A stretch of DNA of 37,207 bases. Origin: Acidimicrobiales bacterium. Lineage in GTDB: Bacteria > Actinomycetota > Acidimicrobiia > Acidimicrobiales > VFJN01. Shown here one piece after another: positions 29,201-37,207 of the stretch (the first letter of the stretch is position 1; each line of letters opens with the position of its first letter). The translations under genes were made by a program, and so were the position numbers. Where the stretch lies: contig DATGRC010000027.1 of assembly GCA_035303865.1 (NCBI GenBank), forward strand, positions 1 to 37,207. Direction: 5' to 3'. The notes under the pieces are model-generated. The model made no database searches. It was not told the DNA's origin and saw only the letters and a list, made by a program, of their open reading frames with translations.

Positions 29201-29666
29201 CCAGGGCCTGCTGGATGGAGGTGCCGATCTCGATGGCCGACCAGCCGGCGCCGGCTCCCACGAGGTCGCGCACCGCGCTCGCGGTGGGGACGCGGTCGCG
29301 CTCGACGGCCCAGCGGGCGTCCTTGAGCCGCACGATGGCGGCGTTCAGGTCCTCGAGCTCGCGCCCGGCGTCCGCGTCGTCGTCAAGCGCCGCCTCGACC
29401 TCGTCCACCCACGCGGCCACGGCGCCGCAGGTGGCGGTGATGCGGGTGCCGAGCGCGCTGTCGCGCACGAGGGCGGCCACCCCGTCGGTGGTCCGCAGGA
29501 GCCGATCGAGCTCTTCGAGGATCTGGGCGGCGGCCGTCGCGGCGGGGCGCGGCGGCTGCCCGCTGGCGATGGCGGCCTGGACGGCGTCGAGGCGATCGAG
29601 GATCTCAGGGGCGGGGATGGCGCGTCGGGCGCCGGGCCCCCGCTGGAGGGCGATGATGCCGCACAC
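26250..29666 (-). CDS. glmS: Glutamine--fructose-6-phosphate aminotransferase homologue, atypically long (1138 aa)
   Basis: GTG-TGC start gives Cys1 (MCGIIAL) with GGAAGGA SD. Canonical motifs are present: RGRDSAG (res 164-170), GHTRWAS...NAHP, LNGDVDN, TDAKVI, HYLLKEISEAPNS, ISQSGTTTDT, ASTKAF, and AKTVTV (res 939-944). Large extra segments separate them (see finding). It occupies the syntenic glmS position between glmM and acpS. Confidence 0.8.
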   Translation of the reverse strand: MCGIIALQRGPGARRAIPAPEILDRLDAVQAAIASGQPPRPAATAAAQILEELDRLLRTTDGVAALVRDSALGTRITATCGAVAAWVDEVEAALDDDADAGRELEDLNAAIVRLKDARWAVERDRVPTASAVRDLVGAGAGWSAIEIGTSIQQALAAIDRLEVRGRDSAGIEVLVQDHDLDLADPAVAQLLEARTGDPLCRSGTVRTPEGHLCFVYKAAAEIGELGDNTAAIRAEVVGDELLHLALRGERARATVLGHTRWASIGIISQPNAHPVDSYEVDRVDGPYVSAVLNGDVDNFADLKAAEALRVAPEITTDAKVIPTLISRRLDEGAALVDAFRDTVATFEGSVAIGASAATHPDQLLLALRGSGQALYVGLADGCYIVASEPYGVVELTDTYLRLDGETPANPENPTASRGQIVVLDGTRPGTLEGITRQAYDGTDLPVTEADLHRAEVTTRDIDRGDHPHYLLKEISEAPNSFRKTLRGKLVERDGRLAVELGPDVLTPEVRAGFREGRITRVQVIGQGTAHVAGQSLAAALEAAAPEGCLRVEALPATELSGFGLRPDMSDTLVVAISQSGTTTDTNRTVDLARGRGATVVSIVNRRGSDLTDKSDGVLYTSDGRDVEMSVASTKAFYSQIAAGFLLAWAIAEEVGGSVDPALLAELRGLPEKMEETLRRRDAVAAAARELAPAKRYWAIVGNGVNRIAAAELRIKLSELCYRSIACDATEDKKHIDLSCEPMILVCAAGLEGSTADDVAKEVAIYRAHKATPIVIASDDQARYSAAVSVISVPQCHPQLGFVLTAVAGHLFGYEAALAIDAQALPLREARAAIEEAVGESAAADGDALLQQLRPALTAAATRFFDGLRAGAYDGNLEASSAVRLAGAFRYALGIASLDAYQAEMGRIGTPAVVIEDLTAALTQGIEELTRPVDAIKHQAKTVTVGISRSDETLLQPRLVQAVLAAGTARDRLSYRVLRTLADLDPAIAEVTGWIRYELDGEAEDGEVPVHVVDRGGIALDIPSRTERGGRLRGTKHTVAVERQVFVTRGRVDGRTVVIVPETKDDKATGITLLHVRFQDRLSVAAARGVLQGYRNRWSALRDAVLETEPTFREDLLAETPAVDLLVEPIRELADRFRS

Positions 29667-29720
29667 GCAGGCGGTTCCTTCCGGTTCGGGGACCGGCCCA
29701 GCGTATCGACGGGGCCGCGC

Positions 29721-31049
29721 TCAGCGGGCCTCGAGGGCGGCCACGAGGCGGGCCACCGCGGCCTGGGCGGCCTCGGCGGTGGGCGCCTCGGCCATGACCC
29801 GCACGAGCGGCTCGGTGCCGCTCGGGCGGACCAGGACGCGACCTCCCTGGCCGAGGTCGCGCTCGGCGGCGGCCACCTCGTCGACCACGGCGGCGACGGC
29901 GGCGCGGGCGTCGCCGGCCACCCGCACGTTGTGCAGGACCTGGGGCAGGCGGGTCATCGCCTCGTCGGCCAGCGCCCCCAGGGGCCGTCCCGCTCGCTGG
30001 ACGACGTCGAGGAGCTGGACCGCGGTGAGGATGCCGTCGCCGGTGGTGGCGTGGTCGCGGAAGATGACATGCCCGCTCTGCTCGCCGCCCAGGGTGAGGT
30101 CGCCCTCGTCGAGGGCCTCGAGCACGTAGCGGTCCCCCACGGGGACGTCGAGCACCCGGATGCCGGCCTCGGCCATGCCGAGCCGGAAGCCGAGGTTGGT
30201 CATGACGGTGACGACCACCGTGTCGTCGGCGAGGAGCCCCCGCCGGTGCCGGTCGAGGGCGCACACCGCGATGATCTGGTCGCCGTCGATGAGCCGTCCG
30301 CCGGCGTCGACGGCGAGGCACCGGTCGGCGTCGCCGTCGAAGGCGATGCCGGCGGCGGCGCCGTGCTCGACGACAGCCCGCTGGAGGTCCTCGGGGTGGG
30401 TGGAGCCGCACCCGGCGTTGATGTTCGTGCCATCGGGCTGGTCGTGGATGGGGTGGACCTCGGCGCCGAGGGCGCGCAGCACCGCCGGACCGGTGCGGCT
30501 GGCGGCGCCGTTGGCGCAGTCGACCACAAGGCGCATCCCGTCGAGGCGGCGGCCGTCGATCGACGCGGCCACGGCCGCCGCCCAGGCGTCGACGTCGTCC
30601 TGACCGGCTCGGGCGGTGCCGACGGCGTCGCCGACGCGCGCCTCGGGGACGACCTCGTGGCTGAGGATCCGGTGGAGCTCGGCCTCCAGCTGTGCCTCCA
30701 CGTCGTCGCCGAGCTTGCGCCCACCGGGGCCGAAGAGCTTCACGCCGTTGTCGGCGAAGGGGTTGTGGGAAGCGGAGATGACCGCCCCGGCGATCCCGTC
30801 GCGGGCCGCCACCCAGGCCACCGCCGGGGTGGGCACCACGCCGAGGGTCGTGACGTCGGCGCCCTCGGCGGTGAGCCCGGCGAGGAGGGCGCCCTCGAGG
30901 AGCGGACCGGAGCGGCGGGTGTCGCGCCCGATCACGAACTCCCACGCCGGCAGCACCCGCGCCGCCGCGCGCCCGAGCGCCAGCACCAGCTCCGGCGTGA
31001 GGTCCTGGTTCGCCACGCCGCGAACCCCGTCGGTCCCGAACTTCAGCAC
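29721..31049 (-). CDS. glmM: Phosphoglucosamine mutase
   Basis: 442 aa from GTG 31049. VLKFGTDGVRGVAN, SASHNPFADNG (phosphoserine loop), GEQSGH. The upstream part of the track ORF is rejected. Confidence 0.92.
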   Translation of the reverse strand: MLKFGTDGVRGVANQDLTPELVLALGRAAARVLPAWEFVIGRDTRRSGPLLEGALLAGLTAEGADVTTLGVVPTPAVAWVAARDGIAGAVISASHNPFADNGVKLFGPGGRKLGDDVEAQLEAELHRILSHEVVPEARVGDAVGTARAGQDDVDAWAAAVAASIDGRRLDGMRLVVDCANGAASRTGPAVLRALGAEVHPIHDQPDGTNINAGCGSTHPEDLQRAVVEHGAAAGIAFDGDADRCLAVDAGGRLIDGDQIIAVCALDRHRRGLLADDTVVVTVMTNLGFRLGMAEAGIRVLDVPVGDRYVLEALDEGDLTLGGEQSGHVIFRDHATTGDGILTAVQLLDVVQRAGRPLGALADEAMTRLPQVLHNVRVAGDARAAVAAVVDEVAAAERDLGQGGRVLVRPSGTEPLVRVMAEAPTAEAAQAAVARLVAALEAR

Positions 31050-31091
31050 GGGGGAAGGATGCCAGACGCCAGGTGGCGGCCCGGACGCGCC

Positions 31092-31116
31092 GGAGGCCGC
31101 CCCGAGGGCGGCCTCC
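31092..31116 (-). terminator. Hairpin after rpsI
   Basis: GGAGGCCGCCC-CGA-GGGCGGCCTCC (plus-strand reading), an 11-bp perfect stem and 3-nt loop about 22 nt downstream of the rpsI stop. No U tract. Confidence 0.5.
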
Positions 31117-31137
31117 ACGTGGCTCGTCCGGAGACGA

Positions 31138-31542
31138 TCAGCGCTTCGAGTACTGGGGCGCCTTGCGGGCCTTCTTGAGGCCGTACTTCTTGGACTCCTT
31201 CTCGCGGGCGTCGCGGGAGAGGAAGCCGGCCTTCTTGAGGGTGGGCCGCAGCTCGGGGTCGAGCTCGGCGAGGGCCCGAGCGATGCCGAGGCGCAGCGCA
31301 CCGGCCTGACCGGTGGGGCCGCCGCCGTCGATCGTGGCGTCGACGTCGTAGATGCCGGCCGTCTCGGTGATCCGCAGCGGCTCGGTGAGGATCATCTGGT
31401 GGGTCTTCGACGGGAAGTAGTCCTCGAGGGGCCGCTTGTTGACGGTGATGGTGCCGGTGCCGTCGGTCTGGGCGGGACGGATCCGGACCCGGGCGACGGC
31501 CTCCTTGCGGCGGCCGGTGGTCTGCACGAGGGGCTGGGGCAC
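31138..31542 (-). CDS. rpsI: 30S ribosomal protein S9
   Basis: 134 aa from GTG 31542 (GGAG SD 5 nt upstream, overlapping the rplM stop codon TAG). [20 protein letters not shown]-terminal KAPQYSKR. Confidence 0.95.
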   Translation of the reverse strand: MPQPLVQTTGRRKEAVARVRIRPAQTDGTGTITVNKRPLEDYFPSKTHQMILTEPLRITETAGIYDVDATIDGGGPTGQAGALRLGIARALAELDPELRPTLKKAGFLSRDAREKESKKYGLKKARKAPQYSKR

Positions 31543-31550
31543 GGGATCTC

Positions 31551-32000
31551 CTAGGCGGTGCGCCGGGCGGCGGCGAGCTCGAGCGGCTCGGGCTTCTGGG
31601 CCGAGTGCGGGTGGTCGGGGCCGGCGTAGACCTTCAGCTTGGACAGCATCTGGGCGCCGAGGCGGTTCTTGGGCAGCATGCCCTTGATGGCCCGGCGGAC
31701 CGTCTCCTCGGGCTTGCGGGCGTGGGCCTCGGCGAAGGTGCGGGACCGGAGACCGCCGGGGAAGCCGGTGTGGCGGTACACGATCTTCTTGTCGGCCTTG
31801 TCCGAGGTGACGACCACCTTGGCGGCGTTCACGACGATGACGTGGTCGCCCGTGTCGAGGTGGGGGGCGTAGACCGGCTTGTGCTTGCCCCGCAGGATGC
31901 GGGCGGCCTCCGTGGCGAGGCGCCCGAGGACGAGGTCCTCGGCGTCGATCACGTACCACTTGCGGGTGATCTCGCTGGCCTTGGGGGTGTAGGTGCGCAC
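31551..32000 (-). CDS. rplM: 50S ribosomal protein L13
   Basis: 149 aa. [29 protein letters not shown]... Confidence 0.96.
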   Translation of the reverse strand: MRTYTPKASEITRKWYVIDAEDLVLGRLATEAARILRGKHKPVYAPHLDTGDHVIVVNAAKVVVTSDKADKKIVYRHTGFPGGLRSRTFAEAHARKPEETVRRAIKGMLPKNRLGAQMLSKLKVYAGPDHPHSAQKPEPLELAAARRTA

Positions 32001-32145
32001 GAGGGGCGTCCTTGGGTCGCGGTGGGATCGTGGCCGGGCGCGCGGGCGCCCGAGGCGAAGAGCAACACTACCGGTCGCTGCGGGGGATCCCGCAACTCGC
32101 GGCGCCGATCGGGTAAAGGGGGGCGCCGCGGCCGGAGCGGCCAGC

Positions 32146-33609
32146 CTAGAACGAGACGTCGACGCCGTCGTCTCGCTCGCCGTCGGGGTTCTCGGCGGCG
32201 GCCTCGGCCAGCGACGCGAGGATGACCGCGGCGTCCTCGACGATCGTGTGCTTGGCCCGGCGCAGGACGAGCGTGCCGACGATGACCGGCGGGGTGACCA
32301 CGTAGAAGGCGGTGACCAGCGATCCGGTCACGTCGGAGATCAGCCCCACGACCGCCGGCGCCAGGGCGGTGCCGAACACCGTGGACACGAGCGCGAAGGC
32401 GCTGACGCTGACGCCTCGGGCGTGCACCGGCGTGACGTCCATCATCGACGCCCGCAGCCCGGGGATCGCGCTGGCCGCGGCGAGGACGGCGACGAACTGC
32501 AGCAGGAGCCGCACGGGCACCCACGGCACGGCGAGGCTCGCGCAGAACAGGACGAGGCAGGTGATCACCGCGTTGGAGACCTGGGTGATGCGCCCGGCTG
32601 GGCTCACCCCGTAGACCCGGTCGGAGGCCCGACCGCCCCAGATCGTGCCGATGACCCCGGCGGTGGCGAGCACGAGGCCCGCGGCACCGGCGGCCTGCGC
32701 CTCGGTGAAGCCCGAGTAGCGCTTGTGGTACATGGCCAGCCAGTAGCCGACCCCGGAGACCGTGAAGAGCATGGCGGAGACGCCCACGAGCACGAAGCGC
32801 ATCGTGCGGATCCCGAAGATCATCTTCAGGTCGCTGCGCAGGCCGGACCAGGCGCTGCCGGCCAGCTCCCGCACCGGCACCGCAGGGGGCGGCGGCAGGC
32901 TGATCCCCTCGGCCTCGCCGCGGCTGGGCTCGCGCATGCGGAAGACGGCGAAGGCGAGCAGCGAGCCGGGCACGCCGACGAGGGCGAAGGCCCAGCGCCA
33001 CCCGAAGGCACCGCCGACGAGCCCGCCGAGGCCGATGCCGAGGCCGGCGCCGATGAACGTGGTGACCTGCTGGACCGAGAACACGGTGCCGCGCACCTGG
33101 GCCGGGTAGTGGTCGGCCAGGAGGGAGGTGGACGCGGGGTCGTCGATGGCCTGCCCGAAGCCGAGCGAGGCCCGGGCGCCGAAGAGCTGGGTGAAGCTGC
33201 GGGCGACGGCGGACAGCAGCGACAGCCCGCTCCACGACAGCAGCGTCCAGCCGATCAGGCGGGTGCGGCGGACCCGGTCGGCGATCCAGCCGGCCGGGAC
33301 GGAGGCCAGCGCGTTGACGAAGACGAACGCGAAGCCGAGGGCACCGAGCTGCCAGTCCTCGAGGCCGAAGTCGTCTTTGATGAGCGGCAGGACGCCCCGG
33401 AGGATGTTGGTGTCGATCTGGTCGACGAGGGTGACCCCGGAGAGGAGGACGAGCGGCTTGGCCGGCCGCCCGGCGAGCCGCCGGGACGCCGCGGAGGTGG
33501 GCGGCGGGGCGGCGGGGGCCGGGGTGGTCGCCGGGCCCGCCGCGGCCTCGGCCGGGGGCGCGCCCTCGCTCCCTCGCTCCGCTGCCCCCTCCGTCGGCAC
33601 GGTCGTCAC
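32146..33609 (-). CDS. MFS transporter
   Basis: 487 aa with multiple hydrophobic helices. It has a motif-A-like [17 protein letters not shown] start with GGAGG 8 nt upstream. Confidence 0.8.
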   Translation of the reverse strand: MTTVPTEGAAERGSEGAPPAEAAAGPATTPAPAAPPPTSAASRRLAGRPAKPLVLLSGVTLVDQIDTNILRGVLPLIKDDFGLEDWQLGALGFAFVFVNALASVPAGWIADRVRRTRLIGWTLLSWSGLSLLSAVARSFTQLFGARASLGFGQAIDDPASTSLLADHYPAQVRGTVFSVQQVTTFIGAGLGIGLGGLVGGAFGWRWAFALVGVPGSLLAFAVFRMREPSRGEAEGISLPPPPAVPVRELAGSAWSGLRSDLKMIFGIRTMRFVLVGVSAMLFTVSGVGYWLAMYHKRYSGFTEAQAAGAAGLVLATAGVIGTIWGGRASDRVYGVSPAGRITQVSNAVITCLVLFCASLAVPWVPVRLLLQFVAVLAAASAIPGLRASMMDVTPVHARGVSVSAFALVSTVFGTALAPAVVGLISDVTGSLVTAFYVVTPPVIVGTLVLRRAKHTIVEDAAVILASLAEAAAENPDGERDDGVDVSF

Positions 33610-33630
33610 GAACGGCCCCTCCCCCGAGTC

Positions 33631-33646
33631 TTGACCCGCGGGTCAA
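33631..33646. promoter_or_regulatory. Perfect 16-bp palindrome upstream of the MFS gene (candidate operator)
   Basis: TTGACCCGCGGGTCAA lies 21 nt upstream of the MFS GTG. On the minus strand it is immediately preceded by TAGATT, a TAnnnT -10-like hexamer. Confidence 0.4.
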
Positions 33647-33718
33647 TCTAGGACAAACGGCGCGGCCGCCGGAAGTCCGGTGCGTGCGGGCGCCACCTCC
33701 GGGGGCCGCCCGCGCCCC

Positions 33719-34516
33719 TCAGTACGCCACGTGCCAGAGGCAGAGGCCCTGGGGCGGTGCGATCGGCGCGGCCTGCGCCCGGTCGCCGGAGCGGAGGATG
33801 CCGAGGATGTCGCCGGCGCGGACGCGCCCGTGGCCGGCGGCGACGATCGTGCCGACGACGCTGCGGACCATCTGGTGGCAGAAGGCGGTGGCGGTGATCT
33901 CGAAGCGCAGGACGCCGTCGCCGAGGTCGGTCCACCCGGCGCGCAGGACCCGCCGCACGAGCGACGGCGCCGTGCCGTCGGGCCCGGGCTTGGGGCGCCG
34001 GCAGAAGGCGCTGAAGTCGTGCTCGCCCAGGAACGGGTCACAGGCGAGCGTGAGGAGCTCGAGGTCGAGGGGCTGGGGCACGTGCCAGCTGGTGCGGGCG
34101 AGGAAGGGGTCCGGCAGCGGCCGGTTGAGGACGGTGTAGCGGTAGGTGCGGGCGCGGGCGGAGAAGCGGGCGTCGAAGTCCGGTGCCGCCTCGGCGACCT
34201 CGCGCACGACGATCTGGGGGGCGCACAGCTTGACCAGCGAGCGGTGGAGCCCGTCGAGGTCGGTGGCGACGGGGAGGTCGAGGCTGATCACCTGGCCCCA
34301 GGCGTGGACGCCCCGGTCGGTGCGGCCGGCGCAGGTGATCTCCACCGGGCGGCGCACGACCTTCTCGATGGCCTCCCGGAGGGTGCCGGCGACGGTGCGG
34401 ACGCCGGGCTGCTCGGCGAAGCCGTGGAAGTCCGTGCCGTCGTAGGCGACGAGCATCCGAACGCGGATCAGCGGCCCCGCGGGGGCCGCTGACTCCGGGA
34501 CGTCGAAGAGCGTCAC
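33719..34516 (-). CDS. truA: tRNA pseudouridine(38-40) synthase
   Basis: 265 aa. VAYDGTDFHGFAEQPG, AGRTDRGVHAWGQV (catalytic Asp). Confidence 0.93.
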   Translation of the reverse strand: MTLFDVPESAAPAGPLIRVRMLVAYDGTDFHGFAEQPGVRTVAGTLREAIEKVVRRPVEITCAGRTDRGVHAWGQVISLDLPVATDLDGLHRSLVKLCAPQIVVREVAEAAPDFDARFSARARTYRYTVLNRPLPDPFLARTSWHVPQPLDLELLTLACDPFLGEHDFSAFCRRPKPGPDGTAPSLVRRVLRAGWTDLGDGVLRFEITATAFCHQMVRSVVGTIVAAGHGRVRAGDILGILRSGDRAQAAPIAPPQGLCLWHVAY

Positions 34517-34533
34517 GCCCTCAGGCGATGGCG

Positions 34534-34887
34534 TCAGACCAGCTCGATGCGGGCCATCGGGGCGTTGTCGCCCTGGCGCGGGCCCAGCTTGAGGATGCGC
34601 GTGTAGCCGCCGTTGCGGTCGGCGTAGCGGGGCCCGATCTCGGTGAAGAGCTTGTGGGCCATCTCCTTGTCGCCCAGGAACGACACGACCTGGCGGTGGT
34701 TGTGGAGCCCGCCCTTCTTGGCCTTGGTGATGACCTTCTCCGCGATCGGGCGCAGGGCCTTGGCCTTGGCCTCAGTGGTGACGATCCCCTCGGCGGCCAC
34801 GAGCGAAGCCACGAGGTTGGCCATCATGAGGCGCTGGTGCTGGGCGTCGCCGCCGAAGCGACGACCCTTCTTCGGGGTGGCAGGCAT
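34534..34887 (-). CDS. rplQ: 50S ribosomal protein L17
   Basis: 117 aa. [21 protein letters not shown]..., [15 protein letters not shown]. Confidence 0.95.
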   Translation of the reverse strand: MPATPKKGRRFGGDAQHQRLMMANLVASLVAAEGIVTTEAKAKALRPIAEKVITKAKKGGLHNHRQVVSFLGDKEMAHKLFTEIGPRYADRNGGYTRILKLGPRQGDNAPMARIELV

Positions 34888-34890
34888 GGG

Positions 34891-35829
34891 TCAGTCCTTC
34901 GTGCGCAGGGCCAGGCCCCGCTCGTTCAGCTTCTCGACGACCTCGTCGAGGCTCTTCTGGCCGAAGTTCGTGATGGCCAGGAGGTCGTCCTCGGTCTTGG
35001 TGAGCAGCTCGCCGATCGAGTTGATCTGGGCGCGCTTCAGGCAGTTGCGGGGACGCTCGGACAGGTCGAGGTCCTCGATGGGCAGGTCCAGGTCAGGCGA
35101 GCCGGCGGTGGCGGTGGACACCTCGCCGAGCTCGAGGCCCTGGGGCTCGTCGCTCATGTCGGCCACGAGGCCCACCAGCGAGCGCAGCGTGTCACCGGCC
35201 GAGGCGAGGGCGTCGCGCGGCGTGATCGAGCCGTCGGTCTCGATGTCGAGGACGAGGCGGTCGTACTCGGTGGACTGCTCGACGCGGGTGGGCTCCACCT
35301 GGAAGGCGACCCGGCGCACCGGCGAGAAGATCGAGTCGACCGGGATGACGCCGATCGTGTCGCTCGTCTTGTTGCGGTCGGCCGAGACGTAGCCGCGACC
35401 CTTCGACACGGTGATGTCGACGGCCAGGCGGGCCGTCTTGTTCAGCGTGGCGATGTGGAGCTCGGGGTTGAGGATGTCGACGTCGCTGTTGGGCTCGATG
35501 TCCTTGGCGGTGACGTCACCCGGGCCCTTCTGGTCGAGGCGCAGGGTGACCGGCTCGTCGCTGTGGCAGACGAGGACCAGGTCCTTCAGGTTGAGGATGA
35601 TGTCGGTGACGTCCTCGGTGACCCCGGCGATCGTGTCGAACTCGTGGAGCGCGTCGTCGAAGCGCAGCTGGGTGATCGCCGCGCCGGGGATGGACGACAG
35701 GAGCGTGCGGCGCAGGGAGTTGCCGAGGGTGTGACCGAAGCCGGGCTCCAGCGGGCTGATGGCGAACTTCTGACGGTTGCCTTCCTCTTCGCCGATCGCC
35801 TCGACGGACGGGCGCTGGATGACGAGCAT
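34891..35829 (-). CDS. rpoA: DNA-directed RNA polymerase subunit alpha
   Basis: 312 aa. FAISPLEPGFGHTLGNSLRRTLLSSIPG, and a C-terminal domain LSERPRNCLKRAQINSIGELL. Confidence 0.96.
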   Translation of the reverse strand: MLVIQRPSVEAIGEEEGNRQKFAISPLEPGFGHTLGNSLRRTLLSSIPGAAITQLRFDDALHEFDTIAGVTEDVTDIILNLKDLVLVCHSDEPVTLRLDQKGPGDVTAKDIEPNSDVDILNPELHIATLNKTARLAVDITVSKGRGYVSADRNKTSDTIGVIPVDSIFSPVRRVAFQVEPTRVEQSTEYDRLVLDIETDGSITPRDALASAGDTLRSLVGLVADMSDEPQGLELGEVSTATAGSPDLDLPIEDLDLSERPRNCLKRAQINSIGELLTKTEDDLLAITNFGQKSLDEVVEKLNERGLALRTKD

Positions 35830-35870
35830 GTTCTGCTACCTCGGGACTCGGTGGCGGCGGGGGGAGTGGA

Positions 35871-36485
35871 CTACTTGGAGTACAGCTCGACGATGAGCTG
35901 CTCGCGCACGGGCACGTCGATCTGCTCGCGCAGCGGGAGCTCGCGCACGGTGACCGACTTGCCGCCCTCGCCCTGGTCGAGCCAGGCGGGGACCCGGACG
36001 TCGAGCGTGTCGAGGTTGTGCTGGATGACGATCATCGACTGGGCCTTCTCGCGGAGGGAGACGACGTCGCCCTTCTTGACGCGGTAGCTGGGGATGTCCA
36101 CCCGGCGGCCGTTGACGTCGATCAGCCCGTGGTTCACGAACTGCCGCGCCTGGGGGCGGGTGCGGGCCCAGCCGGCCCGGAAGACGATGTTGTCGAGGCG
36201 CTGCTCGAGCATCCGCAGGAGGTTCTCGCCGGTGACGCCCTTCTGGCGGTTGGCCTCCTCGTAGAGGTTGGCGAACTGCTTCTCGAGGAGCCCGTAGATG
36301 TGCTTGGCCTTCTGCTTCTCGGCCAGCTGCAGCGAGTACTCGGAGGGCTGACGGCGACGGGCGCGGCCGTGCTCACCCGGGGGGTAGGGCCGGCGCTCGA
36401 GGGCGCGGCGACCCTTCTCGTTCTCGAAGATGTTGACGCCGAGGCGGCGCGAGATCTTGACCTTGGGACCGGTGTAGCGAGCCAT
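35871..36485 (-). CDS. rpsD: 30S ribosomal protein S4
   Basis: 204 aa from ATG 36485. MARYTGPKVKISRRLGVNIF..., C-terminal LIVELYSK. The upstream part of the track ORF is rejected. Confidence 0.95.
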   Translation of the reverse strand: MARYTGPKVKISRRLGVNIFENEKGRRALERRPYPPGEHGRARRRQPSEYSLQLAEKQKAKHIYGLLEKQFANLYEEANRQKGVTGENLLRMLEQRLDNIVFRAGWARTRPQARQFVNHGLIDVNGRRVDIPSYRVKKGDVVSLREKAQSMIVIQHNLDTLDVRVPAWLDQGEGGKSVTVRELPLREQIDVPVREQLIVELYSK

Positions 36486-36499
36486 GTCTTCCTGTTGCC

Positions 36500-36898
36500 T
36501 CAGACCCGGCGCCGCTTGGGGGGGCGGCAGCCGTTGTGGGGGACGGGGGTGACGTCCTTGATGCCGGTGACCTCGATGCCGGTGTTCTGCAGCGAACGGA
36601 TGGCCGTCTCGCGACCGGAGCCGGGGCCCTTCACCTCGACGTCGACCTTGCGCACCCCGTGCTCCATCGCGCCCCGGGCCGCGCGCTCGGCGGCCATCTG
36701 GGCGGCGTAGGGGGTGGACTTGCGGGAGCCCTTGAAGCCGACGTTGCCGGCCGACGCCCACGACAGCACGTTCCCCTCGAGGTCCGTGATCGTGATGATC
36801 GTGTTGTTGAACGAGCTCTTGATCTTGGCGATGCCGTGCGAGACGTTGCGACGCTCGCGCTTGCGGGGCCGGCGACCGCCGGGCTTGGGCTTGGCCAT
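36500..36898 (-). CDS. rpsK: 30S ribosomal protein S11
   Basis: 132 aa. [36 protein letters not shown]. Confidence 0.96.
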   Translation of the reverse strand: MAKPKPGGRRPRKRERRNVSHGIAKIKSSFNNTIITITDLEGNVLSWASAGNVGFKGSRKSTPYAAQMAAERAARGAMEHGVRKVDVEVKGPGSGRETAIRSLQNTGIEVTGIKDVTPVPHNGCRPPKRRRV

Positions 36899-37207
36899 TA
36901 CTTGCGAACCTTCTTCTTACCGGCGACGGTCTTCTTCGGGCCCTTGCGGGTGCGGGCGTTCGTCTGGGTGCGCTGGCCGCGCACGGGCAGGCCCTTGCGG
37001 TGGCGGAGGCCCTGCCAGCAGCCGATCTCCATCTTGCGGCGGATGTCCTGCTGGATGTCCCGGCGCAGGTCGCCCTCGACCTCGAGGTTCTGGTCGACGT
37101 AGGCGCGGATCCGGTTGACCTCGTCGTCGGTCAGGTCACGGACCCGGGTGCTGCGGTCGAGGCCGAGGTCGTCGCAGATCTTCTGCGCCGTGGTGCGACC
37201 GATGCCG
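36898..37207 (-). CDS. rpsM: 30S ribosomal protein S13, C-terminal part (5-prime end outside the window)
   Basis: Hand translation of the minus strand ends ...[50 protein letters not shown]. The TAA stop shares one base with the rpsK ATG (TAATG). Confidence 0.9.
   Translation of the reverse strand, partial: GIGRTTAQKICDDLGLDRSTRVRDLTDDEVNRIRAYVDQNLEVEGDLRRDIQQDIRRKMEIGCWQGLRHRKGLPVRGQRTQTNARTRKGPKKTVAGKKKVRK

Noticed and set aside
29667-29720. Possible glmS ribozyme or leader upstream of glmS
   Set aside because: The intergenic region is only 54 nt, holds just an SD and a weak 5-bp hairpin, and is far too short for the glmS ribozyme. From memory that ribozyme is a Firmicutes feature.
26445-31178. 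1577-aa plus-strand ORF antisense to glmS and glmM (similarly 25888-29070 on the minus strand out of frame, 20509-23607, 22131-24902, 12144-14777, 14569-16884, 7530-9446 and 5655-7160)
   Set aside because: These are low-complexity Gly/Arg/Asp/Val- or Arg/Pro-rich translations with no recognisable motifs. Each lies opposite to, or out of frame with, a strongly motif-supported gene. They are stop-codon-poor artefacts of high GC content.
32001-32145. Possible rplM leader RNA or promoter (minus-strand TTGCGG-19 nt-TAGTGT, small hairpin TGCGGG-GGAT-CCCGCA)
   Set aside because: The spacer length is suboptimal, the stem is only 6 bp, and I cannot match it to a known L13 leader structure by eye. Evidence is too weak to call.

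Overview
Very GC-rich window (about 70 percent or more by eye, not computed) that looks like a core chromosomal segment of an Actinomycetota-type genome, possibly Acidimicrobiia-like (low confidence). Most of it follows the conserved actinobacterial backbone on the minus strand: rpsM-rpsK-rpsD-rpoA-rplQ-truA, then rplM-rpsI-glmM-glmS-acpS, nnr-alr-tsaE-tsaB-rimI-tsaD, and groES-groEL. After that come maf-dus, a Nudix gene, a shikimate-kinase-like gene and the gua genes (guaB on plus, guaB3-guaA on minus). I found no rRNA, tRNA, CRISPR array, transposase or integrase. Many gene junctions are 4-nt GTGA or ATGA overlaps, which implies long translationally coupled operons. Six things are not ordinary. 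(1) A 61-aa Asp-rich repeat micro-ORF sits directly upstream of a JmjC/cupin-4 oxygenase that overlaps a Suc_Fer-like thioredoxin-fold ferredoxin gene, all inserted between acpS and nnr. This is my best candidate for an undescribed peptide-modification or metal-handling module. (2) The GlmS homologue is 1138 aa, about twice the canonical size, with two large insertions and a roughly 190-aa C-terminal extension. (3) A nested-hairpin intergenic repeat occurs in two direct copies bracketing the gua region, and an unrelated 96-nt double palindrome lies after dus. (4) A lipoprotein gene has its signal peptide out of frame with its two-domain body. (5) Two CIRCE operators flank the groES promoter. 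(6) Accessory genes (PLP decarboxylase, epoxide-hydrolase-like hydrolase, 3Fe-4S-type ferredoxin, secreted beta-propeller protein, MFS transporter) are inserted into the conserved synteny. All product calls rest on motif recognition by eye. No database search was run.
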